A stretch of 64,000 nt of DNA from Nitrososphaeria archaeon (GTDB lineage: Archaea > Thermoproteota > Nitrososphaeria > JACIWG01): assembly GCA_050011875.1 (NCBI GenBank), contig JBEKIG010000006.1:43586-107585 (forward strand), in the 5' to 3' direction. The notes below the pieces were generated by a model. The model was not told where the DNA came from. It did no database searches and saw only the letters and a program-made list of their open reading frames with translations. Positions 20,220 to 30,073 of the stretch are shown one piece after another. Position 1 is the first letter of the stretch; each line of letters opens with the position of its first letter. Both the position numbers and the translations under genes were made by a program.

Positions 20220-21458
20220 ATGTCGGAGAAAAGGGCTAAAGTGGGTGTTATTGGATGCGGTTTGATTGGTCAATGGCACCTCCGGACCATCGCGGAATTG
20301 CATGCTGGAGGACTTATAGAGCTCGCCGCAGTCTGCGACATTGTCGAAGATAGGGCGAAGGCTATTGGCGAGAAGTATCACGTACCCTATTTCACATCAG
20401 CAGAGAAGATGTTGGACAATGATCTAGACTTCGTATACATTGCAACTGGAGACTTCACTCATCACGCTATAGCGAAGTTGGCGGCCGAGCACGGGAAGTC
20501 CGTCCTCGTCGAGAAGCCATTCGCAATGTCGCTCCCATGCTTCGATATGGTCATAAACGCATGTAAGAAAGCTAGTGTCTACTGGGAGTGTGCTGAGAAC
20601 TACTGGGGAACGACCTTGGAGCTGGCTATGAAGAAGGTAATAGACCAAGGTGTGATCGGAGACGTCACTAGGACCTATGCCATTGACCCTTCTCCAGCTA
20701 TTGGAAAGGGGCCTGCTTTCAGCGCTCACTCAGCTGCATTTAGACTGCATGACTGGGGTGTGCACCGCATGTCTCAAATACGTAGATTCGCTGGAAGCGA
20801 CGCCAAAAAAGTCGTTGCAAAGACGAAGGTCTGTACGCCAGGAGAAGAATTCGATGATTGGGGCCACGCAATCGTGGAATTCGAGAACGGAGCTGTCGGC
20901 ATCTGCGAGCTCGGAATAGGAACAGCGGGCAAGGTCAATTACAGGGAAGTTGTAGGTACAAAGGGAATCATCCACATGCGGGGCATAAGAAACAATGGGC
21001 CTACCGAGCTTACATTGCTTTCTGAAAATAAAGCCGTGCTCGAGGATAAGAACACGCGCGCGACGATAAGGCGCCCGACGATAAGGAACATCGATATACC
21101 TGTACAAACACTGTACTGGGCGCCTGGTGCCGTAGCAGACTTGTCCGTCGAGAAGGTTGTAGTGTGGACGGATCCGCCGATCGTCTACGAAAACCCCTAT
21201 GCCGATGTGGTTTCTACAGAGTGGGGTACTGGATTTGCTAACTGTGTGATGAGTATAGCGAATGCTTGTGTCAAGGATAAATCACCAGTCTATGGTATCC
21301 AAGGTAGAAAGGATGTCGAGATGTGCGTTGCCATGTACGAGTCTAGTCTCAAAGGCATGGCGCCAATAAGTCTGCCGATAACGAGCTTGACCTCTTGGGA
21401 GCGGAATCTCCACGCGCTCTACAGGAAGACCTTCGGTAAAGATCCGACAGACGTTTAG
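20220..21458 (+). CDS. Gfo/Idh/MocA family oxidoreductase
   Basis: GVIGCGLIG, GKSVLVEKPFA, AENY and LHDWGVH. Confidence 0.88.
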   Translation: MSEKRAKVGVIGCGLIGQWHLRTIAELHAGGLIELAAVCDIVEDRAKAIGEKYHVPYFTSAEKMLDNDLDFVYIATGDFTHHAIAKLAAEHGKSVLVEKPFAMSLPCFDMVINACKKASVYWECAENYWGTTLELAMKKVIDQGVIGDVTRTYAIDPSPAIGKGPAFSAHSAAFRLHDWGVHRMSQIRRFAGSDAKKVVAKTKVCTPGEEFDDWGHAIVEFENGAVGICELGIGTAGKVNYREVVGTKGIIHMRGIRNNGPTELTLLSENKAVLEDKNTRATIRRPTIRNIDIPVQTLYWAPGAVADLSVEKVVVWTDPPIVYENPYADVVSTEWGTGFANCVMSIANACVKDKSPVYGIQGRKDVEMCVAMYESSLKGMAPISLPITSLTSWERNLHALYRKTFGKDPTDV

Positions 21459-21804
21459 GAACTCCGGTAAGGAGTAGGGGACCTGCATTTCGGCTCCTTG
21501 GGCAAAGTGGCCCGCTTGCTAATTGAACGCCGTAGGGTCAGCACCGAGTCTTTTGTAAGGGTTTCGGAGTTAAAGCTAGAAGATGGGCATTAATGTTGGT
21601 TTGTATTAAAGAAATAGAAATTTTGTCATACCAGAGAAGGGGTGACCTTAGGCTCTTTTCCTTAGGGCTTTTCCTAAGGCTTTAAAATACAATATGTCGA
21701 CAGATAATTTTTCAACCATCATCAATTATCAACACCTATAATCAGTAACCATTAGCCAATTACATAATATACAACTTTCTATTCTCCTGAAGTATGACAG
21801 TATA

Positions 21805-21818
21805 GAAACTTTAAAGTA
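21805..21818 (+). promoter_or_regulatory. Putative BRE/TATA box of the SMC operon
   Basis: gaaactttaaagta lies about 20-30 nt upstream of the TTG starts at 21838/21841. Confidence 0.45.
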
Positions 21819-21837
21819 AAATGGAAAGTATGGTCTG

Positions 21838-23850
21838 TTGTTGCAGACAAAGGAAAAGGAACTAAAAGCTGAAAGAAGATCTAATACTAGTATTCGCGAA
21901 ATTATCTTAGAGAACTTCATGTCATACGAATATGCACGTGTTCCGCTTATCAAGGGATTGAATATCATCTGTGGCCCTAACGGGTCAGGAAAATCCTCCA
22001 TATTATTGGGGATATCCGTTGCAATGGGCCAGATCTACACTGAGCGGTCGAGAAAGTTAAGCGACCTAATAAGGCGCGATAAGGATCTAGGAAGGGTTAC
22101 AATAGTCTTCGACAATAAGCCTGTTGACGGTAAAAGGCCTGTTCCATACTCTAGGTCTGACTCCTTTATGCTCTCCAGATATTTGAGGAAGGATGGGTCG
22201 TACTGGTTTGAAGCAGACTACAAAGAGGTGAGCTCCGCCGAAGTTAAGGAAATCCTGGCGGGTCTGAACATCAACCCAGACAACATGCTGCTAATAATGC
22301 ATCAGGGTATGGTTGAAGAATTTGCCATAGTCGACGCAGGGGACAAGTTAAGGATGGTCGAAGAAGTGGTTGGGTTAACGGGATACAGGGAGAAGGTTCT
22401 AGACTCCCAGAAAAGGCTTCAGACTTTGGTCAGCGAAGAGAGCTCAATAAAGCAGCTGATGGGAATGGCTGAAGAGACTTTAACTCATTGGAAGGACGTT
22501 TACGCGCGATTCCTAAAGAAACAGGAGCTTGTTACAAGGAGAGAAGCACTGACCAAAGAAAAGTTCTGGGTTCAAATGGCACGAGTGGAAAAAAGCATCG
22601 ACGTTACCTTGAACAGGCTGGATATCAAGAAAAGAGACGTGGGTGAACTCTCATCGAAGGTGAAAGGGTCGGAGGAAAGGTCAAAGAATCTAGAAACGGA
22701 TTTCCACACGTCATACAATCAGCTTAAGAAGTCCTTTAGCGCGTTGACTTTTCTCGGATCCGATAAAAGCTCTTCTGATGCAAGAAGAAAAGCACTTTCT
22801 GAGATCATCAAGTCCTTTGAAATGATATCGAGCACAGTTGAGAAATATCTTGTAAACAGCAGGACCGAAGCAAGCGATCTTAAGACGTTACAAAGGGATC
22901 TGACCTTGCTGGTTGATTCATGGAATAAAGAAGTGGAAATAGAGGCTCGAAAGGGCGTGGATACGTCTAATGAGATAGAAATGATCGAAAAATCCCTTTC
23001 TCAGAATGAAGAGGGGATGTTCAACCTAGTAAAGGAATACGCGGAAGAAAGTGCGAACCTCACACTTCTATCCTATAAAAGAAAGCAGTTAGAGACAGAG
23101 CTGGCTGAACTGGAACGAGGTCTTCGAGAACTTAAGGAGGAGTTGGCTGCCCTCGAACTTCAAAAACCATCGATGGAAGCAAGAGTGGCTCCAAATAGGC
23201 AGCTGAACGAAATCGACTCGGAACTTTCGTCGGTTAACGCGCAGATAGAAGTTTACGCTGATGTGCCGGATGAAGCGAAGAACATATTCGAAACCTATTC
23301 GTCTAAGTTCAACGAACTGAAGGGGAGGCTGGAACTGGTTCTTGAGAACAAGAAGGTCATCTTGGCAGAACTCGAGGAGAGGAAGAAGGTCTGGCGTGAA
23401 GGCATAAACATGGTTCTTGAGTCCGTGAACCCGGTATATCAGGAAATCCTAAGAGGGCTGAACGCCTTCGGATACATCAGGATCGTCTACGAAGAAGAGT
23501 TCGAAAGGACGGGGCTTGAGCTTCTCATAGGGTTCAGGGGGACAACGCCTGCCATTTTGGACGCGTATACCCTGAGCGGAGGAGAAAGAAGCACAGCTAC
23601 AATATCGTTCCTGCTGGCCCTTCAGAGGCTCTCCTCCTCACCTATCGTGGCCGTTGACGAATTCGATGTCCACATGGACCCCATCAACAGAGAGAGAATC
23701 TTCAGGTCGATATTCCAGAGGGCACAGGACGATGAAAAGCAGTACGTGATCATCACGCCGAGCCAAGTCAAGATCATGGGCGAAGACATAAACTACGTTG
23801 TTACCCAAACGATCGAAGGTAAGACGGAGGTCGGTGTAATTGCCAAATGA
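21838..23850 (+). CDS. Short SMC5/6-like ATPase with no recognisable hinge or zinc hook
   Basis: LENFMSY, Walker A GPNGSGKSS, Q-loop NINPDNMLLIMHQG, about 320 aa of coiled coil, signature LSGGERS, Walker B/D-loop VDEFDVHMD and QYVIITP. Confidence 0.9.
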   Translation: MLQTKEKELKAERRSNTSIREIILENFMSYEYARVPLIKGLNIICGPNGSGKSSILLGISVAMGQIYTERSRKLSDLIRRDKDLGRVTIVFDNKPVDGKRPVPYSRSDSFMLSRYLRKDGSYWFEADYKEVSSAEVKEILAGLNINPDNMLLIMHQGMVEEFAIVDAGDKLRMVEEVVGLTGYREKVLDSQKRLQTLVSEESSIKQLMGMAEETLTHWKDVYARFLKKQELVTRREALTKEKFWVQMARVEKSIDVTLNRLDIKKRDVGELSSKVKGSEERSKNLETDFHTSYNQLKKSFSALTFLGSDKSSSDARRKALSEIIKSFEMISSTVEKYLVNSRTEASDLKTLQRDLTLLVDSWNKEVEIEARKGVDTSNEIEMIEKSLSQNEEGMFNLVKEYAEESANLTLLSYKRKQLETELAELERGLRELKEELAALELQKPSMEARVAPNRQLNEIDSELSSVNAQIEVYADVPDEAKNIFETYSSKFNELKGRLELVLENKKVILAELEERKKVWREGINMVLESVNPVYQEILRGLNAFGYIRIVYEEEFERTGLELLIGFRGTTPAILDAYTLSGGERSTATISFLLALQRLSSSPIVAVDEFDVHMDPINRERIFRSIFQRAQDDEKQYVIITPSQVKIMGEDINYVVTQTIEGKTEVGVIAK

Positions 23851-24610
23851 TGAAAAGATAGAAAGGGTGCTGAGGGTTGTCGAAGCCCTGAGAACCGTCA
23901 TTGGAAGCAGCTCCGACCCGTTTAACGTCGACGTCAAAGCCCAAGTGGAGACCCTAAGGAAGCTTCTTCCGGAATGGAAGGAGCTCGGAGAAATCCTCAT
24001 GGACGTCGAAGCGTTGAACCTGCTGTCGAGGGTCGTTGAGCTTCAGGAAAAATGGGTCAGATACCAGGCGTCATCCCTCTATGTTGACCCACTGCTCGTC
24101 GAGTTGAAGATAGTTGCGTCAGCTCCGGAGAAGCTGGCCGAAGTATTCACGGGGAGCTGGCACCCGATACTCAAGGTGGAACAGGTCTCTACAAGAGAAC
24201 TGATGCGGGCCGTCGACTACTGGAATGTCCTCCTACCCTTGGGGGAGCGGTACAGGGAAGAATTTGGTCAAGAAAGGGGACTTGCCTCTCTGAATGCGAT
24301 GAGTCTGGTTGAGATGAAGGTCTTGACAGAAGAGGAACTCAACAGGAGGATAGAAGAGGTCTACGGGGAGCTGGTTTCTCTGCTCGAGACACAGGGAAAG
24401 GTTGACTACTGGAAGTTCATACGTGGAAAAGACCTGAACGAGACGGTCACAAGGGCCGTGATACTTTCTCATGTAATATCTTCTGGACGCGCAAGCCTAG
24501 AGATCAAGCCTCTGGAAGAGAACATTTTCATCGTAAAGCATAACGCTGACAAGTACCCCAAATCTATGGCGATAGCCATTTCACCGACAAGAGGTGTAAG
24601 GGAAGAATGA
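23840..24610 (+). CDS. Kleisin (ScpA/Nse4-like)
   Basis: N-terminal DPFNVDV plus helix resembles the ScpA DPWxIDI motif. The C-terminal winged helix is GKVDYWKFIRGKDLNETVTRAVILSHVISSGRASLEIKPLEENIFI. Overlaps the SMC stop by 11 nt. Confidence 0.72.
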   Translation: MPNDEKIERVLRVVEALRTVIGSSSDPFNVDVKAQVETLRKLLPEWKELGEILMDVEALNLLSRVVELQEKWVRYQASSLYVDPLLVELKIVASAPEKLAEVFTGSWHPILKVEQVSTRELMRAVDYWNVLLPLGERYREEFGQERGLASLNAMSLVEMKVLTEEELNRRIEEVYGELVSLLETQGKVDYWKFIRGKDLNETVTRAVILSHVISSGRASLEIKPLEENIFIVKHNADKYPKSMAIAISPTRGVREE

Positions 24611-25197
24611 GCGATGAAGCAGAAGTAGCGATAAAAACCAAGAAGGCGCTCCAGGTCATACTTACGCCGAAGGCCAGAGCCCCCGGTGTCAAGGGCTGGG
24701 AACTGAAAAGGACGGTTGGGAAAGACTACTACTCAATAATCCAAGTCCTCGGCACTGAGCTGGACAAACTCGGTCTTTTAATTATGGTGGTGGGAGAAAC
24801 CGGTGAACTGCCCCCTCAGGCCGAACCCGAACAGCTGGATGATGCGAGGTACTACATAGTATTCAAGGAACCTCTATCAACAAGGGAGGCCAGCCCTTCA
24901 GGGATGAGCGTCGACGATATGGCCGCGTTAGCGATCACCCTGAGCTATCTGACATCCAAACGAGGAAAGGCGCCTGCGAACGAAGTGGAGAGGATGCTGA
25001 AAGATAAGCTGCCAAAGTGGAAGGTTGAATGGAACATGAGAAGGTTCGTCAGAAAGGGGTACATTATACATAACGATGATGATACACTTTCGATAGGTTG
25101 GAGGAGCCTAGTGGAAGTGGACTTCAAGTCTCTTCTGACATTACTGCTCGCGACTCCACAGGGGGAACCGAAAGAGCAAGAAACAAGTGAATCTTAG
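24607..25197 (+). CDS. KITE tandem winged-helix subunit (ScpB/Nse1/Nse3-like)
   Basis: 196 aa with two WH-like halves. The C-terminal FVRKGYI...LSIGWRSLVEV resembles the Nse1/MAGE GPRAxxE motif. ATGA overlap with the kleisin. Confidence 0.68.
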   Translation: MSDEAEVAIKTKKALQVILTPKARAPGVKGWELKRTVGKDYYSIIQVLGTELDKLGLLIMVVGETGELPPQAEPEQLDDARYYIVFKEPLSTREASPSGMSVDDMAALAITLSYLTSKRGKAPANEVERMLKDKLPKWKVEWNMRRFVRKGYIIHNDDDTLSIGWRSLVEVDFKSLLTLLLATPQGEPKEQETSES

Positions 25198-25428
25198 AAA
25201 CAGTTCCATAACCCTTTGGTAGATGTACATTGAGCTGTCTTGGCTTGTTTCTAAACTCAAAAGAGAAGATAGGAGCATACATCTCCAAACTATCAGGCGA
25301 CAAAGAAGACTTCATCAGCCGAAAGAATAAGCTGAAAAGGTTTATTTCCTCAAAGGGAAAACAAAATTATTTTTAATCTAGTTTAATTTCCAAAAATTCT
25401 TAAATATTGATGTAAACTGAAGAATCCT

Positions 25429-26403
25429 ATGCCAGCAGATAAGATGAAAAAAATTCTGGTGACTGGTTCAACAGGTCAGATCGGTTCCGAACTTTCGATT
25501 GAATTACGAAGAAAATATGGTAGCGAGAATGTAGTCACTGCAGGGCATAGGCGACAACTCGATGAGAAGTTGAAGTCTGGCCCATTCGAGTACATCGATG
25601 TCACTGATAAGGGTAGTATAGAAAAAATTATCAAAGAACATGATATTGACACGATCTATCATCTAGCAGCTATTCTCTCAGCAACAGGTGAAAAGGATCC
25701 TAAACTCGCCTGGAATGTTAACATGACTGGGCTCTACAACATACTTGAAATATCAAAGGAGCGGGGACTGTATCGAGTCTTTTGGCCCAGCTCTATTGCA
25801 GTCTTCGGCCCTTCAGCACCACGCGTTAACACACCTCAGGAGACAGTTTTGATCCCAGGAACTATGTATGGCGTGTCGAAAGTGGCAGGAGAACTGTTGT
25901 GCAACTATTATCACCAAAAGTATGGGTTGGATATCCGTAGTGTTCGCTACCCTGGTATAGTAAGCAGCGAAACACCTCCAGGTGGAGGTACTACGGACTA
26001 TGCTGTAGAAATATTTTACAAAGCTCTTAAGGATAAAAGGTATACATGCTTTGTAAGAGGGGATACAGTCCTACCTATGATGTATATGCCTGATTGCATC
26101 AAAGCGACCTTGGATTTGATGGAAGCTGATACTTCAAGCATAAAGTGTCGTACTTCGTACAATCTGGCTGGAATGAGCTTTTCTGCAAGCGAATTGGCGT
26201 TGGAAATCAAAAGATATGTTCCCGATTTCGAATGCGATTACAAACCTGATTTCAGGCAGAAGATTGCCGATTCGTGGCCGATGTCTCTAGACGATGGTGT
26301 GGCAAGGAAAGAATGGGGTTGGAAGCCCCGCTACAACATGGCTTCCATGGTGAAGGATATGATTGAAAAGCTGGGAAAACGCTTCGCTGACGGAAATGCT
26401 TAG
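25429..26403 (+). CDS. tdh: L-threonine 3-dehydrogenase, SDR type
   Basis: TGSTGQIG, HLAAILSATGE, TMYGVSK, PGGGTTDYA and RQKIADSWP. Adjacent to kbl. Confidence 0.88.
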   Translation: MPADKMKKILVTGSTGQIGSELSIELRRKYGSENVVTAGHRRQLDEKLKSGPFEYIDVTDKGSIEKIIKEHDIDTIYHLAAILSATGEKDPKLAWNVNMTGLYNILEISKERGLYRVFWPSSIAVFGPSAPRVNTPQETVLIPGTMYGVSKVAGELLCNYYHQKYGLDIRSVRYPGIVSSETPPGGGTTDYAVEIFYKALKDKRYTCFVRGDTVLPMMYMPDCIKATLDLMEADTSSIKCRTSYNLAGMSFSASELALEIKRYVPDFECDYKPDFRQKIADSWPMSLDDGVARKEWGWKPRYNMASMVKDMIEKLGKRFADGNA

Positions 26404-26441
26404 AAATAAATTATAAATAGGGGCTGTGCTCCAAGTAAGCC

Positions 26442-27644
26442 ATGTCTTCTCAGACTCCACCTAATAGAGATTTTCATTCATACATCAGGCAGAAATTAAA
26501 GGATATGGAAGTAAATAACCTTCTTTGGAGGCCTAGAACGTTAGAGGGCCCCTCTGCTGTCTGGGCTGAGGTGCAAGGAAGAAAAGTTTTGGTTTTATCT
26601 TCAAACAATTATTTGAGCCTCTCAACTCATCCCAAATTGATCAAGGCAGCTAGGGAAGCTATCAGCAAATATGGTGTAGGTTCTGGCTCTGTTAGGCCGA
26701 TCTCAGGAACCATGCGGTTACATCTAGAATTAGAGGAGAAGCTTGCAGAATATAAGAAAAAAGAGGCTTCGATAGTCTTCCCCTCAGGTTTCATGGTCAA
26801 TTCTGGATCAATCCCTGCACTAGCAGGGCAAGGGGATCTCATAATAAGCGACGAGCTAAACCATGGGTCAATAATAGACGGGGTCAGATTATCTAGGGCA
26901 GAAAGAATGATCTACCCTCACAAAAATTTTGGGAAACTGGAGGAGCTGCTTGAACAGAACGGTTCAAAGTATAACAGGATATTCATTATAACGGACGCTG
27001 TCTTTAGTATGGACGGAGATATCGCTCCAGTACCTCAATTAAATAAGGTTGCCAAACAGTACGGTGCCGCTCTTTATGTAGATGATGCACACGGTGATGG
27101 CGTTCTAGGTGAAGCAGGAAGAGGAGTTGTAAACCATTTCGGGCTAGAAGGAGAAGATATAATCGAAATGGGTACATTCAGCAAAGCATATGGTGTCGTA
27201 GGAGGATATCTTGCAGCAGGCAAAGATGTAGTTGATTATTTGAAGAATACCGCTAGAACCTATCTGTTGACGGGGTCAACACCTCCTCCGATAGCTGCAG
27301 CATGCAGGGCAGCTCTAGAAGTATGTGAAGAAGAACCACAGCTTATAGAATCGTTGTGGAAAAATACAAAATACTTCAAAGAAGGACTGAAGAAACTAGG
27401 CTTCAACACTGGCCAAAGCGAGACACCAATAACCCCAATCATAGTCGGCGATAACACGCGCGCAAACCAAATGGCAGAAGAAATATTCAAAGAGGATATC
27501 TACGCACTACCGATAGTCCATCCTATGGTTGCACAAGGAAGCGCAAGAATAAGAACTCAAGTCAACGCAAAGCACACCACAGAAGATTTGGACATAGCTC
27601 TAAGAGCGTTTGAGAAAGTAGGTAAGAGATTAGGGGTAATATAA
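26442..27644 (+). CDS. kbl: Glycine C-acetyltransferase (2-amino-3-ketobutyrate CoA ligase), AONS family
   Basis: SSNNYLSL, SDELNHGSIIDG, DAVFSMDGD, DDAHG, PLP Lys in GTFSKAYG and ARIRTQ. Follows tdh. Confidence 0.85.
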   Translation: MSSQTPPNRDFHSYIRQKLKDMEVNNLLWRPRTLEGPSAVWAEVQGRKVLVLSSNNYLSLSTHPKLIKAAREAISKYGVGSGSVRPISGTMRLHLELEEKLAEYKKKEASIVFPSGFMVNSGSIPALAGQGDLIISDELNHGSIIDGVRLSRAERMIYPHKNFGKLEELLEQNGSKYNRIFIITDAVFSMDGDIAPVPQLNKVAKQYGAALYVDDAHGDGVLGEAGRGVVNHFGLEGEDIIEMGTFSKAYGVVGGYLAAGKDVVDYLKNTARTYLLTGSTPPPIAAACRAALEVCEEEPQLIESLWKNTKYFKEGLKKLGFNTGQSETPITPIIVGDNTRANQMAEEIFKEDIYALPIVHPMVAQGSARIRTQVNAKHTTEDLDIALRAFEKVGKRLGVI

Positions 27645-27804
27645 TATATAGTATTGGAAAAACTGCGAAGGGAAAGCCCAAAACATTCTGAGGTTCCTAA
27701 AAGGTTCAAGCAGCATACATTTTCCTCCAACCTTCAAGACCCGAAAGATTTCTTCTATTGCTAAAAAAAGAAGAGGGATGACTCCAGAGATTCAAGCCTG
27801 AAAT

Positions 27805-28134
27805 TTACTTTGGAGCCGCTTGGGCTAACATCATCTGCAAGAGAGATGTAACGTACTCCATGGTTGGTGGATAGCTCTGCACGACAGGCACGAACTCGGT
27901 TCCTTTCTTCAGTACCGGGCAGTATTTTCCGAATAGTTGTTCAAGGGTAGCAGGGTTAGGAGCAACCCAGACACAGAAAGCTCCATTAGGCGTTATATTA
28001 TTATAGGAGAAGAGTAGATCAACACCTTTCGCGAGTTTTCCTTCTGAAAAAGCTTTGAAGAGCGCTAGAGTCTCTTTTGTGATAGCTGCGAATTGTTCAG
28101 GTTTCCATTTATGTACGGCAACAAATAAAGCCAT
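27805..28134 (-). CDS. Hypothetical protein (small ferredoxin-like fold suspected)
   Basis: MALFVAVHKWKPEQ...AFCVWVAP, with an AT-rich promoter upstream. The ORF-track start is 28149. Confidence 0.65.
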   Translation of the reverse strand: MALFVAVHKWKPEQFAAITKETLALFKAFSEGKLAKGVDLLFSYNNITPNGAFCVWVAPNPATLEQLFGKYCPVLKKGTEFVPVVQSYPPTMEYVTSLLQMMLAQAAPK

Positions 28135-28472
28135 ATCACTCGACAACAATTATTTTAAAATGATATATAAATGTTGTTAATTTTTTTGTTTTAAATCTTG
28201 TTATTTTTTTATATTTTTTATTTAATTACATTTAATTTGCAAAAAACCCTATTCTGATGATTCTTTGTAAGATACTAGGATAAATCAAACTTAGGTACAT
28301 TTATATTCGCAAGCTTGTGTGGCGGGATTTCCTTCTGCCTGAACAAACAATGTTAACATTGTTTTAGCTATTGCAGTGGAATGTTGAGTAACTCGTGGAA
28401 AATGTTCTAAAATGGAACATTTAGATCAGGAAAGTTTCGTTCAATTATGCCCAACTCAGATGAGTAAAAATT

Positions 28473-28973
28473 TCAGTTATCTTGGTGTGTCGCTTCGTTC
28501 ATCTGTTTGATTATTGCATCGGCGAACTGCCTCACTTTGTCGAGGTAAGTTTCTGTTTTCACTTCTTGCTTTTGTCTTAACATAAGCGCTGCTAACGGTT
28601 TCCTTTCGCATAGAGCCTCCATTTCTTCGAATGGGGCTTTCCCAGAGCCTCCCTGCGTGGTGAAGAATGCGACTTGTCTGAAGCTTTGTTTGTACTGTGT
28701 TATGTATGTCCTGATGGGCGTAGACAATGTGCCACCCCAAACAGGGGTTCCGATTATAACCGCGTCATATGAGCCTGGGTCTTTCTTTGGGGGTTTAATT
28801 ACGGTGAGTTTTTTTGCGCGGGCATCCCTGCCTGACCGCAGCCAGCCAAGGGCGCCTGCCCTTTTTTTTGTGTCGAACACTTCTTCAATGTCACTTCCCA
28901 AGATGTTTGAAATTGCCTCTGCAACCTTTTTCGTTGTCCCACTCCTAGAGAAGAACACTACTAGTGTTTTCAT
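28473..28973 (-). CDS. Flavodoxin family protein
   Basis: VFFSRSGTTKKVA, IGTPVWGG and AFFTTQGG. Confidence 0.88.
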   Translation of the reverse strand: MKTLVVFFSRSGTTKKVAEAISNILGSDIEEVFDTKKRAGALGWLRSGRDARAKKLTVIKPPKKDPGSYDAVIIGTPVWGGTLSTPIRTYITQYKQSFRQVAFFTTQGGSGKAPFEEMEALCERKPLAALMLRQKQEVKTETYLDKVRQFADAIIKQMNEATHQDN

Positions 28974-29207
28974 AAAATCACCGTGAAAGTCTTATCGCGC
29001 TGTAAACTTGGCCGGAAATATGGTAATATTCAAGAATGCATTGATTCTGGCATGCTCCGCTTTGTCTAATACTGAAAGCCAGCCATTTCTTAATTTCCGA
29101 ACCCCCTGCCGATGCTGAAAGGTTTCTCAAGTTTAACATCCAAAAATCACTAAACACAGATAATATAAATATTGGCTTTAAACCCAAAGCTTTGATGACG
29201 TGATAGA

Positions 29208-29879
29208 ATGAACGAAAATTTTCCGCCGGTAACAATCCGTGATTCAGAATTGAGGTTCCTTAAATCGACATTGTTGGGAAAAGAGTACAAGATTCAGGTC
29301 GCATTACCGGCAGGTTACGCTGAGAGCAAAGAAACGTATCCTGTTCTCTACCTGTTGGACGCAGATGTCTGCTTCGGCGATATCACTGAAACCGTTCGGT
29401 TCCTGGCAGCCTTTAGGAAAATGGCACGTATCGAGGTGCCCGATATGATCGTCGTCGGCATTGGGTATCCACTTGATCCTGCGAAGCCATCCGAATACTA
29501 TGCAGGATGGTTTAACGCGCGTGCTAAAGACCTTACGCCGACTAAGGACCCTACAGGTGAGTACAGTCCTTCCGGCGGAGCCAACGACTTTATGGCCTTC
29601 ATCCGGGATGACCTCAAACCCTTGATCAACTCGAACTACAGAGCCAACCCAGAAGATAATACCATATATGGAGCTTCATATGGTGCTCTGTTTGCGCTAT
29701 ACGTACTCTTCCATAGGCCAGACACTTTCAATCGTTACATCGTCATAAGCCCATCATTATGGTGGGACAAGAAGGTAACATTCGATTATGAGCGTAAGTA
29801 CGCCAATGAGCACACTGAACTCCCCGCGAGACTGTTTCTATCCATAGGCTCACTAGAAAAAGAGGATTCGCAAGGTTAA
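29208..29879 (+). CDS. IroE/Fes-like alpha/beta hydrolase, probably C-terminally truncated
   Basis: YPVLYLLDAD, IVVGIGYP, nucleophile GASYGA and SPSLWW. It ends just after IGSLE, before the expected catalytic His segment. Confidence 0.78.
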   Translation: MNENFPPVTIRDSELRFLKSTLLGKEYKIQVALPAGYAESKETYPVLYLLDADVCFGDITETVRFLAAFRKMARIEVPDMIVVGIGYPLDPAKPSEYYAGWFNARAKDLTPTKDPTGEYSPSGGANDFMAFIRDDLKPLINSNYRANPEDNTIYGASYGALFALYVLFHRPDTFNRYIVISPSLWWDKKVTFDYERKYANEHTELPARLFLSIGSLEKEDSQG

Positions 29880-30073
29880 GTAGCACAGAACATTCCTGAC
29901 AGCATCAACCAGGCTTATGCCCCCGTCGAAGGTTAGCCGTGTTGCAAAGGAATTGTAATATCTACTGCCATTCTCCTAAATCTTCAGACTCTATTCCCTA
30001 ACCAATCATCGTATTATTTATAAAAGCTTAAATCTTAAGATGAAATTATTATATATTGGATTAGCGAGTTAAG

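Noticed and set aside
21628-21645. ORB-like ccagagaaggggt (replication origin)
   Set aside because: A single partial match with no repeated ORBs and no cdc6/orc1 nearby.
21838-25197. Wadjet (JetABCD/MksBEFG) or Rad50-Mre11 assignment
   Set aside because: There is no adjacent Toprim nuclease or Mre11, no zinc hook, the SMC is much shorter than JetC, and the gene order and head motifs differ.
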